From assembly GCA_905215015.1 (NCBI GenBank), contig CAJMOS010000004.1, positions 1,050-65,049 on the forward strand: 64,000 bases of DNA. Reading direction: 5' to 3'. A program made the translations under genes and the position numbers. Below the pieces are notes generated by a model. The model ran no database searches, had not been told where the DNA came from, and worked only from the letters and a program-made list of their open reading frames with translations. Source of the DNA: an uncultured bacterium (lineage in GTDB: Bacteria; Spirochaetota; Spirochaetia; Sphaerochaetales; Sphaerochaetaceae). Below, in pieces: positions 53,087 through 62,661 of this stretch; the first letter of the stretch is position 1; each line of letters opens with the position of its first letter.

Positions 53087-54046
53087 ATGCTTCGATATTT
53101 TCTCAAGCGGCTTTTTTGGATGATTCCCATCATACTTGCAGTCGCCATTGTCGTGTTTACGTTGATGACTTTTTGCCCTGGAGACCCTGCGGAAATCATT
53201 CTTGGTTCGGAAGCCACGGAAGAGTTCTTGGAGGCGAAGCGGGCTGAGCTTGGTCTTAACGATCCCTATCTCGTGCGTGTTGCAAGGTTTCTCAGCGATA
53301 CATTCATCCATTTCGACCTCGGTGTCGCATGGAAGACAGGAATTCCGATTGCTGATTCTATCAAAGAAAGATTGCCGAGAACCATGCTGCTTTCTGGTAT
53401 CACTCTTATCCTTTCCTTCGGAATCGGAGTTCCTCTTGGTGTCATGGCCGCAGTCAACCAAAACAAGTGGCAAGACTCTCTGTGCATGGTTCTTGCTTTG
53501 ATTGGCGTCTCTATGCCCAACTTCTGGCTGGCGTTGCTTTTGGTCATTCTTTTCGCGGTAAAGCTTAAATGGTTGCCTGCCCTTGGCATTGGTGGAATAA
53601 AGTACTACATCCTGCCTGCCATCTCTGCTTCCGCAGGACACATTGCCTCTGCTGCCCGGCAGTCGAGATCCTCCATGCTTGACGTCATAAGGTCCGACTA
53701 TATCACTACCGCACGAGCAAAGGGTGTCCCGGAACGCAAGGTTATCACCAAGCATGCACTGAAAAACGCCTTGATTCCGATTATTACCATGATGGGGACG
53801 CAGTTTGGAAAGATGCTTGGTGGTGCAATGATCATCGAGACCATTTTCTCTATCCCTGGCATGGGTACGCTCATCATCACCGCAGTGAACAACAGAGACT
53901 ATCCCGTAGTTCAGACGGGCTCGATTTTCCTTGCAATCGTGTTCTCCTTCAGCATGCTTTTGGTGGATATGCTTTATGCAGCTGTTGATCCGAGAATTAA
54001 GGCTCAATATCAGAGAGTTGGCAAGACTAGGGGAAAGGAAAAATGA
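53087..54046 (+). CDS. ABC permease, DppB/OppB-like
   Basis: The N-terminus MLRYFLKRLFWMIPIILAVAIVVF is typical of the family. It has the EAA loop (YITTARAKGVPERKVITKHALKNAL). Confidence 0.88.
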   Translation: MLRYFLKRLFWMIPIILAVAIVVFTLMTFCPGDPAEIILGSEATEEFLEAKRAELGLNDPYLVRVARFLSDTFIHFDLGVAWKTGIPIADSIKERLPRTMLLSGITLILSFGIGVPLGVMAAVNQNKWQDSLCMVLALIGVSMPNFWLALLLVILFAVKLKWLPALGIGGIKYYILPAISASAGHIASAARQSRSSMLDVIRSDYITTARAKGVPERKVITKHALKNALIPIITMMGTQFGKMLGGAMIIETIFSIPGMGTLIITAVNNRDYPVVQTGSIFLAIVFSFSMLLVDMLYAAVDPRIKAQYQRVGKTRGKEK

Positions 54047-54903
54047 AGAAGATTAAGAAAGGGCAGTCTGAATTCTCTAGATTCGTCTATCAACTGAGCA
54101 AAAACAAATTGGCGATGGTGGGTCTGGTCATCCTTGCCTTTGAAATCCTCATCGCTCTCTTTGCAACTCAGATTGCCCCATATGGATATCAGGAAATCGA
54201 TCCCAATGCCCTGAGGCAGGGACCGTCAGCCGCCCATTGGTTCGGCACAGATGAAATCGGTAGAGACATTTTCTCCCGGGTAGTCGTAGGGACGCGATAC
54301 TCCCTTTCGATGGGTATCATCGCAACAGCGATTAGTTCAGGTATCGGCATTGTCATTGGTGCCATCGCAGGCTTTGCTGGCGGGTGGACGGACAACATCA
54401 TCATGCGGTTCTTGGATGTCATCCAGTCTCTCCCAGGATTACTGTTGACTATCGTCATGTCGGCAGTGTTGGGCTCTGGTTATTTCAACACAATTCTTGC
54501 ACTTTCAGTGGGTGGTATACCTGGAGCAGCAAGAATGCTCCGAGCCAACATGCTCAAGCAGAGGAAAGCCGAGTACATCGAGGCCGCCTATTCAATCAAC
54601 TGTAGCCCGCTTAGGATTATTTTTGCGCATCACGTGCCCAATTCTATTTCTGCCAATATCGTCGGGATGACTATGGGTGTGGCCCATACCATCATCCAGG
54701 CTGCTGCTCTTTCATTCATTGGTCTGGGTGTGCAACCACCCACTCCTGACTGGGGCGCGATGCTTTCCGGCGCAAGAGCCTTCATCAGAAAGAGTCCTCA
54801 TATGGTCATTTTTCCGGGGCTTGCAATTGCAATCACAGTTCTTGCCGTCAATATGCTGGGAGACGGAATCCGAGACGCAATGGATCCGAAGCTCAAGAAA
54901 TAA
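54043..54903 (+). CDS. ABC permease, DppC/OppC-like
   Basis: It has the N-terminal OppC_N-like GTDEIGRDIFSRVV and the EAA loop (YIEAAYSINCSPLRIIFAHHVPN). There is an ATGA overlap with the preceding gene. Confidence 0.88.
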   Translation: MKKIKKGQSEFSRFVYQLSKNKLAMVGLVILAFEILIALFATQIAPYGYQEIDPNALRQGPSAAHWFGTDEIGRDIFSRVVVGTRYSLSMGIIATAISSGIGIVIGAIAGFAGGWTDNIIMRFLDVIQSLPGLLLTIVMSAVLGSGYFNTILALSVGGIPGAARMLRANMLKQRKAEYIEAAYSINCSPLRIIFAHHVPNSISANIVGMTMGVAHTIIQAAALSFIGLGVQPPTPDWGAMLSGARAFIRKSPHMVIFPGLAIAITVLAVNMLGDGIRDAMDPKLKK

Positions 54904-54913
54904 GGGGAAAAAG

Positions 54914-55915
54914 ATGGCAGAAGAAACTATCAACAAAGGTTATCTCGAGGTCAAAGACCTGAAGGTCGAGTATTTCTCCGGAAAGACCATCGTCCATGCA
55001 GTTAATGGTGTTACCTTCAAAATGGAGAAAGGCAAAACCCTTGGACTTGTTGGCGAAACGGGTGCGGGTAAGACCACCATCGCAAAATCTATTCTCAGGA
55101 TTCTTCCCGACGTTGGCGCACGGATCGTGAACGGCGAGATTACCCTCGACGGAACCAATCTTCTTGAGATGAAAGAGCATGACATGCGAAAAATCCGAGG
55201 TAACGAGATTTCCATGATTTTCCAAGACCCCATGACTGCTCTTAATCCGGTGCAACGGGTTGGCGAGCAGATTGCGGAAACTGTCAGGCTCCATTCGGAT
55301 CTTTCCAAGGAAGAGTGTGACGAACGGGCGAAGGAAATGCTCAAGATGGTCGGTATTACCGAAGATCGCTTTTATGAGTATCCCCACCAGTTTTCTGGCG
55401 GCATGAAACAGCGGGTCGTAATCGCCATAGCTTTGGCATGCAACCCACAGGTTCTGCTTGCCGACGAACCGACCACTGCTTTGGATGTGACCATCCAAGC
55501 CCAGGTTCTGGAACTCATCAAGGGCCTGCAGCGGAAGTTCAATACGTCGATGCTTCTGATTACCCATGATATGGGAGTCGTTGCAACGGTGTGTGATGCA
55601 GTGGCAATCATCTATGCGGGCAAAATTGTCGAGTATGGGACAAAAGCACAGATTTTCCATCATCCTTCCCATCCGTATACGCTTGGCCTTTTTGGCGCGA
55701 TTCCTGACATGTCCGAGGACGACCAGTGGTTGCATCCCATCGAAGGGTTGCCTCCGGACCCGACAAAGGAGATTGCCGGCTGTCCTTTTGCTCCTCGTTG
55801 CAAGTATGCCAATGATGTCTGTCTGAAGCATGAAATCAAGACAATCCTGACTCCCGATGGTCATGAATGTGCTTGTATCAACTTGAACGAAGTCCTTGCG
55901 AAGGAGGGTAGATAA
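54914..55915 (+). CDS. ABC ATP-binding protein, DppD/OppD-like
   Basis: The start is set at ATG 54914 ([13 protein letters not shown]). It has Walker [10 protein letters not shown], signature FSGGMKQR, Walker [12 protein letters not shown] and a C-terminal oligo_HPY Cys-rich tail. Confidence 0.88.
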   Translation: MAEETINKGYLEVKDLKVEYFSGKTIVHAVNGVTFKMEKGKTLGLVGETGAGKTTIAKSILRILPDVGARIVNGEITLDGTNLLEMKEHDMRKIRGNEISMIFQDPMTALNPVQRVGEQIAETVRLHSDLSKEECDERAKEMLKMVGITEDRFYEYPHQFSGGMKQRVVIAIALACNPQVLLADEPTTALDVTIQAQVLELIKGLQRKFNTSMLLITHDMGVVATVCDAVAIIYAGKIVEYGTKAQIFHHPSHPYTLGLFGAIPDMSEDDQWLHPIEGLPPDPTKEIAGCPFAPRCKYANDVCLKHEIKTILTPDGHECACINLNEVLAKEGR

Positions 55916-55917
55916 CC

Positions 55918-56871
55918 ATGCCTGAGACAATGGTCAGAGTCGAAGGACTCAAAAAGTATTTCTCTACCGCCAGAGGTCTTCTCCATGCCGTGGATGATGT
56001 GACCATGAGCATCGAGAAAGGGCATACAGTGGGTATTGTCGGGGAATCCGGGTGTGGAAAGTCCACACTGGGAAGAACCATCATCCATCTTCTAGAGAAG
56101 ACGGGCGGTAAGATTTATCTCGAAGGAAATGATATCTCCGATGTAAAAGGGAAGGACTTGAAGCGGGTGCGGGAGCAGATGCAGATTATTTTCCAAGATC
56201 CCTATTCCTCCATCGATCCCAAGAAATCAATTCGTGACACGGTCAAGGAGCCACTCAAGGTCGCCAAGAAGTTCTCAAAAGCTGAGATTGAGGAAAGGAC
56301 TGACATGCTCATGGATTTGGTGGGCATTGACGAGCGGCTCAAATATGCCTATCCCCACGAGCTTGACGGAGGAAGGAGGCAAAGGGTCGGCATCGCAAGG
56401 GCGCTTGCTTTGGATCCGAAGTTTGTTGTCTGTGACGAGCCGGTCTCCGCCCTTGACGTGTCCATTCAGGCCCAGGTGCTGAATTTGCTGAAGAGACTCC
56501 AGTTGGATAGGAACCTCACCTACATGTTTGTTACTCACGACATGTCCGTGGTGCGGCATATCTCGGACGAAATCTGCGTGATGTATCTTGGACAGGTGGT
56601 CGAGAAATGTCATGCGAAGGAACTATTCCAAATGCCACTTCATCCTTATACGAAGGCTCTTCTTTCCGCCATTCCAAGTATCGATATCGACCATCCCACC
56701 AAACGGGAGATTCTCAAGGGCGAACTCTCTTCCCCCATCAATCCGAAACCTGGGTGCAGATTCGCTGCTCGATGTAGATTTGCTACCGATGCGTGTCACC
56801 AGCCACAAGTGCAGACAGAGGTGTCTCCGGGACATTTCGTGCGATGTTGCAGGGTCAACGAGTTGGGTTGA
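55918..56871 (+). CDS. ABC ATP-binding protein, DppF/OppF-like
   Basis: It has Walker A GESGCGKST, an atypical signature region LDGGRRQR, Walker B VVCDEPVSALD and a C-terminal PGCRFAARC tail. Confidence 0.88.
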   Translation: MPETMVRVEGLKKYFSTARGLLHAVDDVTMSIEKGHTVGIVGESGCGKSTLGRTIIHLLEKTGGKIYLEGNDISDVKGKDLKRVREQMQIIFQDPYSSIDPKKSIRDTVKEPLKVAKKFSKAEIEERTDMLMDLVGIDERLKYAYPHELDGGRRQRVGIARALALDPKFVVCDEPVSALDVSIQAQVLNLLKRLQLDRNLTYMFVTHDMSVVRHISDEICVMYLGQVVEKCHAKELFQMPLHPYTKALLSAIPSIDIDHPTKREILKGELSSPINPKPGCRFAARCRFATDACHQPQVQTEVSPGHFVRCCRVNELG

Positions 56872-56881
56872 GGAGAAAGCC

Positions 56882-58345
56882 ATGAAGGATATTTGTCTGT
56901 TCTTTTCGGACCAGCATGCGTATCTTCAGCAGGGATATGCCGGAGACAAAATCGTTCGGACTCCTAATCTTGACAGATTGGCGGCGGATGGCGTTGCCTT
57001 CGACAATAACTATACCACGTACCCCCTTTGTGTCCCTGCACGCATGTCTCTGATGTCGGGACAACTTGCGTCGAAGTGTGGAGTCATGGGAAATTTCGAT
57101 ATCCTGGGGTCTGCTCGTCCGACATTCGCTCATTGTCTCAATTCCATCGGCTATGAAACCGTGCTTTGCGGAAGAATGCATTTCGTGGGGCCCGACCAAA
57201 GGCATGGTTTTTCCAAACGGATAGCTGGCGACATCACTCCTCTGTATACAAACAGGCCTGTGGAGGCGTTCATCAAGGAAAGGGGAGTACACCTCAATAC
57301 TCCGACCGGGGGGGCTCACTGCGTCTCCATTATCGGTGCTGGGAATTCTCCGACGCTGGAATTTGACCGATATGTTGTGGAGCATGCGCTGGACTATCTC
57401 AAAGACTCCTACGAGAAGCCTCAGTTCCTCTGTGTGGGAACGTATGCGCCCCATCATCCTTACGTAGCGCCGAAAGAGCTCTACGACTATTATTATGGAA
57501 AGGTTGGAGAAGCGGGCGCGGAATACCCCCTCCCCAGTTTCTATTCTGCGCTCTTCAACGATCGGGATCCGGAAGTAGTCAGGGCTGTCAGGGCCGCATA
57601 TTACGCAATGTGCGAATTTACCGACAGAGAAGTCGGTGTTGTCTATGATGCATTCCAAGAATACCTCGGGCGCACAGGGCATGAGGGTATCTTCATCTAT
57701 GCATCTGATCATGGTGACCAGATTGGAAACAGGGGATTGTACGGCAAACAGACCTTTTTCGAGGAATCCGTCCATACGCCATTGATTGTTGTCGGAGATG
57801 GAATCAAGAAAGGGGTTAGGATTAAAGGGGCAACTAGCTTGATGGATCTCGGGCCCACACTTTGCGCATTGACGGGGGCTCCCCTTGTGGAGGATACCGA
57901 TGGCGTAAGTTTGGTAGCCCAGTTGCAAGAAGGCGCTGAGGACAAGGAGCGGATGGTCATTTCAGAGCTTGGTGGAAGCATCGACAGGAAGAGCGGAAAT
58001 GTGCCGTACGCCCAGATGGTCAAGAGGGGAAATCTCAAGTTTGTCCACTATGACGGGTTGGACGAGGATGGCGTATTCGATATCGCAGCGGATCCCTTTG
58101 AAGAACACAATTTGATTGGGAGCAAGCGTGATTTTGCGCAAGAGGCCATGTCCTTTCTTCGCGAGAAGTGTGCGTCCAAGGAACAAATTGTCGCGAACGC
58201 ATGCAAGAACGCCGCATATCTCCGAATCACCCAAAACTGTTCTTTTGACTCATCAGAGCGGTGGCGTGCGCCAGATGCCGCAAGGCACTATCCAGAAGAA
58301 ATGGTATCCAGTAAGAAGAAACCGGGAAAATTGCTTGGTTTTTGA
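56882..58345 (+). CDS. Cys-type sulfatase (no signal peptide)
   Basis: The start is set at ATG 56882 (MKDICLFFSDQHA). The formylglycine motif C-V-P-A-R is at 57029-57043, followed by MSLMSGQ. It has the later blocks ASDHGD and GKQTFFEESVHTPL. Confidence 0.82.
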   Translation: MKDICLFFSDQHAYLQQGYAGDKIVRTPNLDRLAADGVAFDNNYTTYPLCVPARMSLMSGQLASKCGVMGNFDILGSARPTFAHCLNSIGYETVLCGRMHFVGPDQRHGFSKRIAGDITPLYTNRPVEAFIKERGVHLNTPTGGAHCVSIIGAGNSPTLEFDRYVVEHALDYLKDSYEKPQFLCVGTYAPHHPYVAPKELYDYYYGKVGEAGAEYPLPSFYSALFNDRDPEVVRAVRAAYYAMCEFTDREVGVVYDAFQEYLGRTGHEGIFIYASDHGDQIGNRGLYGKQTFFEESVHTPLIVVGDGIKKGVRIKGATSLMDLGPTLCALTGAPLVEDTDGVSLVAQLQEGAEDKERMVISELGGSIDRKSGNVPYAQMVKRGNLKFVHYDGLDEDGVFDIAADPFEEHNLIGSKRDFAQEAMSFLREKCASKEQIVANACKNAAYLRITQNCSFDSSERWRAPDAARHYPEEMVSSKKKPGKLLGF

Positions 58346-58525
58346 CGAAGAGATTTGACAAACATGCTCTCCCGATGAGGCGTGAGAAATCCGGGGAAGC
58401 AGTGGAAAAAGGGATTCCCATGGATGGATGCGGCACTTATGGCAACTTGTATGTTCCTGGTGAAGGAGTAGTGAAGAAAGATTTCCTGCGAGGTATACTT
58501 TGTTTCTACTGTCAGAGGATGAAAG

Positions 58526-59752
58526 ATGGATATGTCGATAGGCAATAATTTGCCACGAGTAAAAGTTCAGAACCAGTATGCGATTAAAGAAATCGTATAT
58601 AAGTTCGGCCCAATTTCCCGGATCGAGATTGCAGACCGACTTGGCCTTACCTTGCCCACCATCACAACAAGCGTCAGCACAATGATTAAAAATGGGTTGC
58701 TGAAGGAAGTGGAACTCTCTCCCGACATCAAGACCCTCGGGCGACGTACCATGTTAGTGGATATTAATGAGAACTCTCGCCGGTTTCTCGGGATTGAAAT
58801 CCGGGGATTTGCACGAAGCGCGGTAATCATCGACACGAGGGGACGCGTGCTTGCTTCCCTTCGGGACGAGAGGCATGTGGTGGATTACATGGATGCAATC
58901 ACAAGTGCTTCTTCCCTCGCGGTTCAGGTTGTACGAAAGGCCGGGTTGGATTTCTCTGCGATCGATGGTATTGGCCTGACCTCTCCTGGCATTATCGATA
59001 ACCTCAAAGGAATGTTGGTAATCCATCCTGGCTACAAATGGTCCAGTAGGGAGATGGTGGCGGACTTCGTCCATCTTTCCGGCTATCAAGGGGAAACAAA
59101 CCTCGAGAACAACGCTATCGCCAGGGCTTTTGGTTTTAGCATGTTCGAGGGGAATGTGTTAGGAGATGTCGACTCCATGGCATACATGTTCATTTCCTCC
59201 GGCATTGGCTGTCCGCTTCTCAATAATGTGAAATCCCATTTCGGAATCGTGACAGGCGATGGAGAGGTAGGCCATATGGTCATGAATCCCGAAGGGCCAG
59301 TCTGTGCTTGCGGAAACCGAGGCTGTCTTGAGGCCTATACGAGCGAAAGTGCTATTGTCAGTAAGGCGATGGATGCGGTGAAGAATGGCAGATCGAGTAC
59401 AATGGCCGCCCTCGTTACTCAAGGCCATGACCTTTCAGTGGAGGATGTTTTGAAGGCCTCTGAAAAGGGGGACAAAGAAGCGCGCGCCATCATCGATGAC
59501 GCTATCCGCTACCTTGGCCTTGCCATTGCCAACATTGAGAACTTTGTCAGGCCGGAATGCATGGTTATCGAGTGCAAGCTTTTCGATAACGAACAAAACC
59601 GGGCGGCTCTGCTTGCTACAATTCATGCCAATCTGTATCGTGCGGCGTTCTCAGACCTTCGGGTATATTTCAAGAAGAGCGACGAGTTCAGCGGAGCCAA
59701 AGGTGCCGCTGCGACTGCCCTGAAACGGAACTTGGAACTGTTCTTGGAGTAG
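58526..59752 (+). CDS. ROK-family transcriptional regulator (NagC/XylR-like, N-terminal wHTH)
   Basis: It has an N-terminal HTH (ISRIEIADRLGLTLPTITTSVSTMIKNGLL) and the ROK sugar-kinase fold with the zinc motif GHMVMNPEGPVCACGNRGCLE. Confidence 0.82.
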   Translation: MDMSIGNNLPRVKVQNQYAIKEIVYKFGPISRIEIADRLGLTLPTITTSVSTMIKNGLLKEVELSPDIKTLGRRTMLVDINENSRRFLGIEIRGFARSAVIIDTRGRVLASLRDERHVVDYMDAITSASSLAVQVVRKAGLDFSAIDGIGLTSPGIIDNLKGMLVIHPGYKWSSREMVADFVHLSGYQGETNLENNAIARAFGFSMFEGNVLGDVDSMAYMFISSGIGCPLLNNVKSHFGIVTGDGEVGHMVMNPEGPVCACGNRGCLEAYTSESAIVSKAMDAVKNGRSSTMAALVTQGHDLSVEDVLKASEKGDKEARAIIDDAIRYLGLAIANIENFVRPECMVIECKLFDNEQNRAALLATIHANLYRAAFSDLRVYFKKSDEFSGAKGAAATALKRNLELFLE

Positions 59753-59756
59753 GACG

Positions 59757-60251
59757 ATGGGAAAAGCGAAGAAGTACTTAGTAAACAACACGATGTTCGT
59801 GTTTGCGCTTTGCTATATCGGCATCCTCATTCCAATTGCAATCGTGCTTTTTGACATGGGACGGTATCTTTCGTCCGTGGTGTTCGCAGTGCTTTCCATC
59901 CCATTTTGCATCATCCTTTTCCGATATGGTTCCATGGTGAGGGTAGGCAATGAAGGTGTTTTCCTGTCATTCCTCGGTGTCGAGCGGAAGAGCATGTCCT
60001 GGGACGAAATTGTGGAAGTTGACGTTATTGGTTCCCGGGTGCTCAACCGATTCAACACAAAAAAATGTGGTACACTCTACCTGGTGTTTTCCTTGGAAAA
60101 GTTAGATGACACCAAACGGTTCCAGATGATGCTCAAGTGGCCTCCCAAAGACAAAATCTATGTGAAATTTACCAAAGAGAGACTCATGGAAATCCAGTGG
60201 TACTATGCCTCTCCGGTAGAGAAATACAATATCGGGATGTTGGATATCTAG
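59757..60251 (+). CDS. Hypothetical membrane protein (two N-terminal TM helices + small soluble domain)
   Basis: 164 aa with hydrophobic segments FVFALCYIGILIPIAIVLF and VVFAVLSIPFCIILF. It starts 5 nt after the ROK stop. I recognise no family. Confidence 0.5.
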   Translation: MGKAKKYLVNNTMFVFALCYIGILIPIAIVLFDMGRYLSSVVFAVLSIPFCIILFRYGSMVRVGNEGVFLSFLGVERKSMSWDEIVEVDVIGSRVLNRFNTKKCGTLYLVFSLEKLDDTKRFQMMLKWPPKDKIYVKFTKERLMEIQWYYASPVEKYNIGMLDI

Positions 60252-60304
60252 GGATAGGTTTCCCCAAAAAAGACTTGCAAAGAGACTACAATGGGGTATT
60301 ATTT

Positions 60305-60321
60305 AGTTAAATAATTTAATT
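60305..60321. promoter_or_regulatory. Palindrome AGTTAAAT-A-ATTTAATT just downstream of a TTGCAA-N16-TATTAT promoter-like element (candidate operator, copy B)
   Basis: Read directly. TTGCAA is at 60275-60280 and TATTAT at 60297-60302. The palindrome centre at 60313 is 32 nt upstream of ATG 60345. Confidence 0.45.
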
Positions 60322-60344
60322 AATATGGATGAAAGGAGCTTCTC

Positions 60345-61820
60345 ATGACCCGTCCAAATGTACTCATGCTGGTGGCTGATGATCTCAATTACAATTCCAT
60401 TGGCTGTTTCGGCTGCCCCGTCGATGACATCTCTCCGAATCTCGACAGGTTGGCAAAGGAGGGAATCTGCTTCGATAACGCACATGTATCCATCGCCGTG
60501 TGCCAGCCATCCCGGGAATGCCTTCTTACCGGACTGTATCCGCATAAGAATGGGGCTCCTGGTTTCATGCCCATCAGCGATGAGATTCCTACCTTGACCG
60601 AGACCCTTCATGCAAACGGCTATTTCAACGGAATCATTGGAAAGCTGAAGCATGCCGTTCCGATGGACAAGTTCGCATGGGATTATGCATCCAGAATGAT
60701 GGAGCCGGAGTCAAACTATGGAAGAAGTCCTGAATTGTATCGGTCGCGATCGAAGGAATTTTTCGCAAAGGCAAAGGAGGCAGGGAAGCCGTTTTTTCTA
60801 ATGGCCAACTCCCATGACCCCCACAGACCGTTCGCGGGGTCTGATGACGAGGTGAAGAAATTCTACGGATACCATATCTATGCGGAGCGGTTCTATCGGC
60901 CTGAAGAGGCTTGGGTTCCCCCGTTTCTTCCGGATATTCCTGATGTGAGGAAAGAACTGGCACAATACTATTCTTCGGTCCACCGGTGTGATCAGTCTAT
61001 GGGAGCGGTACTGGATTCTCTGAAGGAAGCAGGTTTGGAAGATGATACACTGGTCATCTTTATGTCGGACAATGGTATGGCGTTCCCGTTTGCAAAGGCC
61101 AATTGTTATCTCAATTCGACAAAGACGCCGTTTATTGCGAAGTGGCCTGGCCATATCACTCCCGGTACCAGAAACGACAAGGACCTGATTTCCGGAGTTG
61201 ATTTTACTCCTACGGTGCTCGAGGCATGTGGGCTTTCAGGGTCAATGATTACGGACGGAAAAAGTTATTTGGGGCTTCTCGAAGGTGAAGCCCAGAAAGA
61301 GAGAGATGAATATGTCTATACCCAATTTAATCTCACCTCAGCTTTCAATGCATTCCCAATGCGATGTGTTCAGAACGTACATTACGGCTATATTTTCAAC
61401 AGTTGGTCCGATGGAGAGAAAGTATTCAAGAATGAGTCCCAGTCTGGTCTCACGTTCAAGGCGATGGTTGAGGCAGGAAAAAACAATATAGGTATCCAAA
61501 AGAGAGTGGATTTCTTCCAACATCGGATTCCTGAAGAGTTCTACGATTTGGAACATGACCCAGATGCCCTTCACAATCTCATTGACAATCCGGAGTACAG
61601 GGCATTGGTGGACGAGTTCAGAAATGTGCTGAAGGGCTTTATGGAGAAATACCAAGATCCTCTCTTGAAGGAATACCACACCGAAGCATACGACTTGAGG
61701 ATTGATGAGTGCAGAAAGCAATTCTTGGAACGGCTCAGGACGGTGGGGAACGAGTCCATGAACTATCGGAATGTCGTGAATCCTTGGAAAGACGCCCATC
61801 CTGTCAGAAAAGGCAACTGA
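60345..61820 (+). CDS. Cys-type sulfatase (N-sulfoglucosamine sulfohydrolase / heparan N-sulfatase-like; no signal peptide)
   Basis: The N-terminus is PNVLMLVADDLNY. The formylglycine motif C-Q-P-S-R is at 60501-60515, followed by ECLLTGLYPHKNG. It also has MSDNGMAFPFAKANCY. Confidence 0.85.
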   Translation: MTRPNVLMLVADDLNYNSIGCFGCPVDDISPNLDRLAKEGICFDNAHVSIAVCQPSRECLLTGLYPHKNGAPGFMPISDEIPTLTETLHANGYFNGIIGKLKHAVPMDKFAWDYASRMMEPESNYGRSPELYRSRSKEFFAKAKEAGKPFFLMANSHDPHRPFAGSDDEVKKFYGYHIYAERFYRPEEAWVPPFLPDIPDVRKELAQYYSSVHRCDQSMGAVLDSLKEAGLEDDTLVIFMSDNGMAFPFAKANCYLNSTKTPFIAKWPGHITPGTRNDKDLISGVDFTPTVLEACGLSGSMITDGKSYLGLLEGEAQKERDEYVYTQFNLTSAFNAFPMRCVQNVHYGYIFNSWSDGEKVFKNESQSGLTFKAMVEAGKNNIGIQKRVDFFQHRIPEEFYDLEHDPDALHNLIDNPEYRALVDEFRNVLKGFMEKYQDPLLKEYHTEAYDLRIDECRKQFLERLRTVGNESMNYRNVVNPWKDAHPVRKGN

Positions 61821-61835
61821 GTTGGAGGGGTACCT

Positions 61836-62645
61836 GTGCTGAGCAGACCGTCCCCAAGGACAAGGCGCCCTGGGAAAAAGAAGGAACAATATGCGTCTTC
61901 TATCTTCGGGAAGCAACGTTCTTTTGAGTTGCCTTCCAATGTTCGGCATGAGTTTTTGAAGACGAAGTTTGGAGAGATCGAAAAAATTGCTTTTCCCTTT
62001 TCTCGCCCTGAGCGAGCCCTTGTCTATATCCATGGTGGGGAGCAGGAAAATGGATTATTGCTTTGTACGGAGGTGGCCAGAAACACGTGTCAGACCGTCT
62101 ACGCGATCCATTACCGGCAGACTCCCGAATATCCCTATCCAACGGCGATGTTGGATTGTGTGTTTGCATGGAAATGGATGCTCCGTAATGGAATCAACCC
62201 CTATGGCTCCTCCTTTGTCGGTGCATTTCGGGGGAGTGATTTCGCTCTCTCCTCCGGACTTTGGTGCAGGGACCATGGCATTCCGCTTCCTTCCTCTTTC
62301 ATTCTTTTCTTTCCTGATTTTGGTAAGGCGGAGAGGTCGATGGCTTCGGATGAGGAATGTGCGTATTCCAGGAATGCGGATTGCGATGACCCATATGCTC
62401 ATCCTCTTCTTGGTACGTATGTTGGTTTCCCCAGCATCAAGTTGTTTGCCGAGGATGCAAGAGAGAGTGCATTGCTGGATGCGGTGCTCTCTAGGGATGG
62501 CATACCGCATTCCTTTACCTTGGATATTGGGATGTGGCACGGGGATGAACCTGTGAATGAACTATATGTGACGGAAATGCAGAAGATGATTCTGGAAACT
62601 TGCTGGTTCCAGAGGTCACGGACCTGGATGCATGAAGATGATTGA
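61836..62645 (+). CDS. Alpha/beta hydrolase fold-3-like protein with a degenerate nucleophile elbow
   Basis: The GTG start is 7 nt after GGAGG. It has the oxyanion-like block VYIHGGE, an Abhydrolase_3-like YRQTPEYPYPTAMLD, an Asp block AEDARESALLD and a His block GMWHGD. RGSDFA stands where GDSAG is expected. Confidence 0.6.
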   Translation: MLSRPSPRTRRPGKKKEQYASSIFGKQRSFELPSNVRHEFLKTKFGEIEKIAFPFSRPERALVYIHGGEQENGLLLCTEVARNTCQTVYAIHYRQTPEYPYPTAMLDCVFAWKWMLRNGINPYGSSFVGAFRGSDFALSSGLWCRDHGIPLPSSFILFFPDFGKAERSMASDEECAYSRNADCDDPYAHPLLGTYVGFPSIKLFAEDARESALLDAVLSRDGIPHSFTLDIGMWHGDEPVNELYVTEMQKMILETCWFQRSRTWMHEDD

Positions 62646-62661
62646 CAACCAAGGAGCAATA

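Noticed and set aside
54677-54913. In-frame N-terminal extensions of the DppD-like ORF (from 54677) and of the first sulfatase ORF (from 56588)
   Set aside because: The extensions overlap the 3' ends of the upstream genes in another frame and lack SD sequences. Internal ATGs at 54914 and 56882 give N-termini typical of each family.
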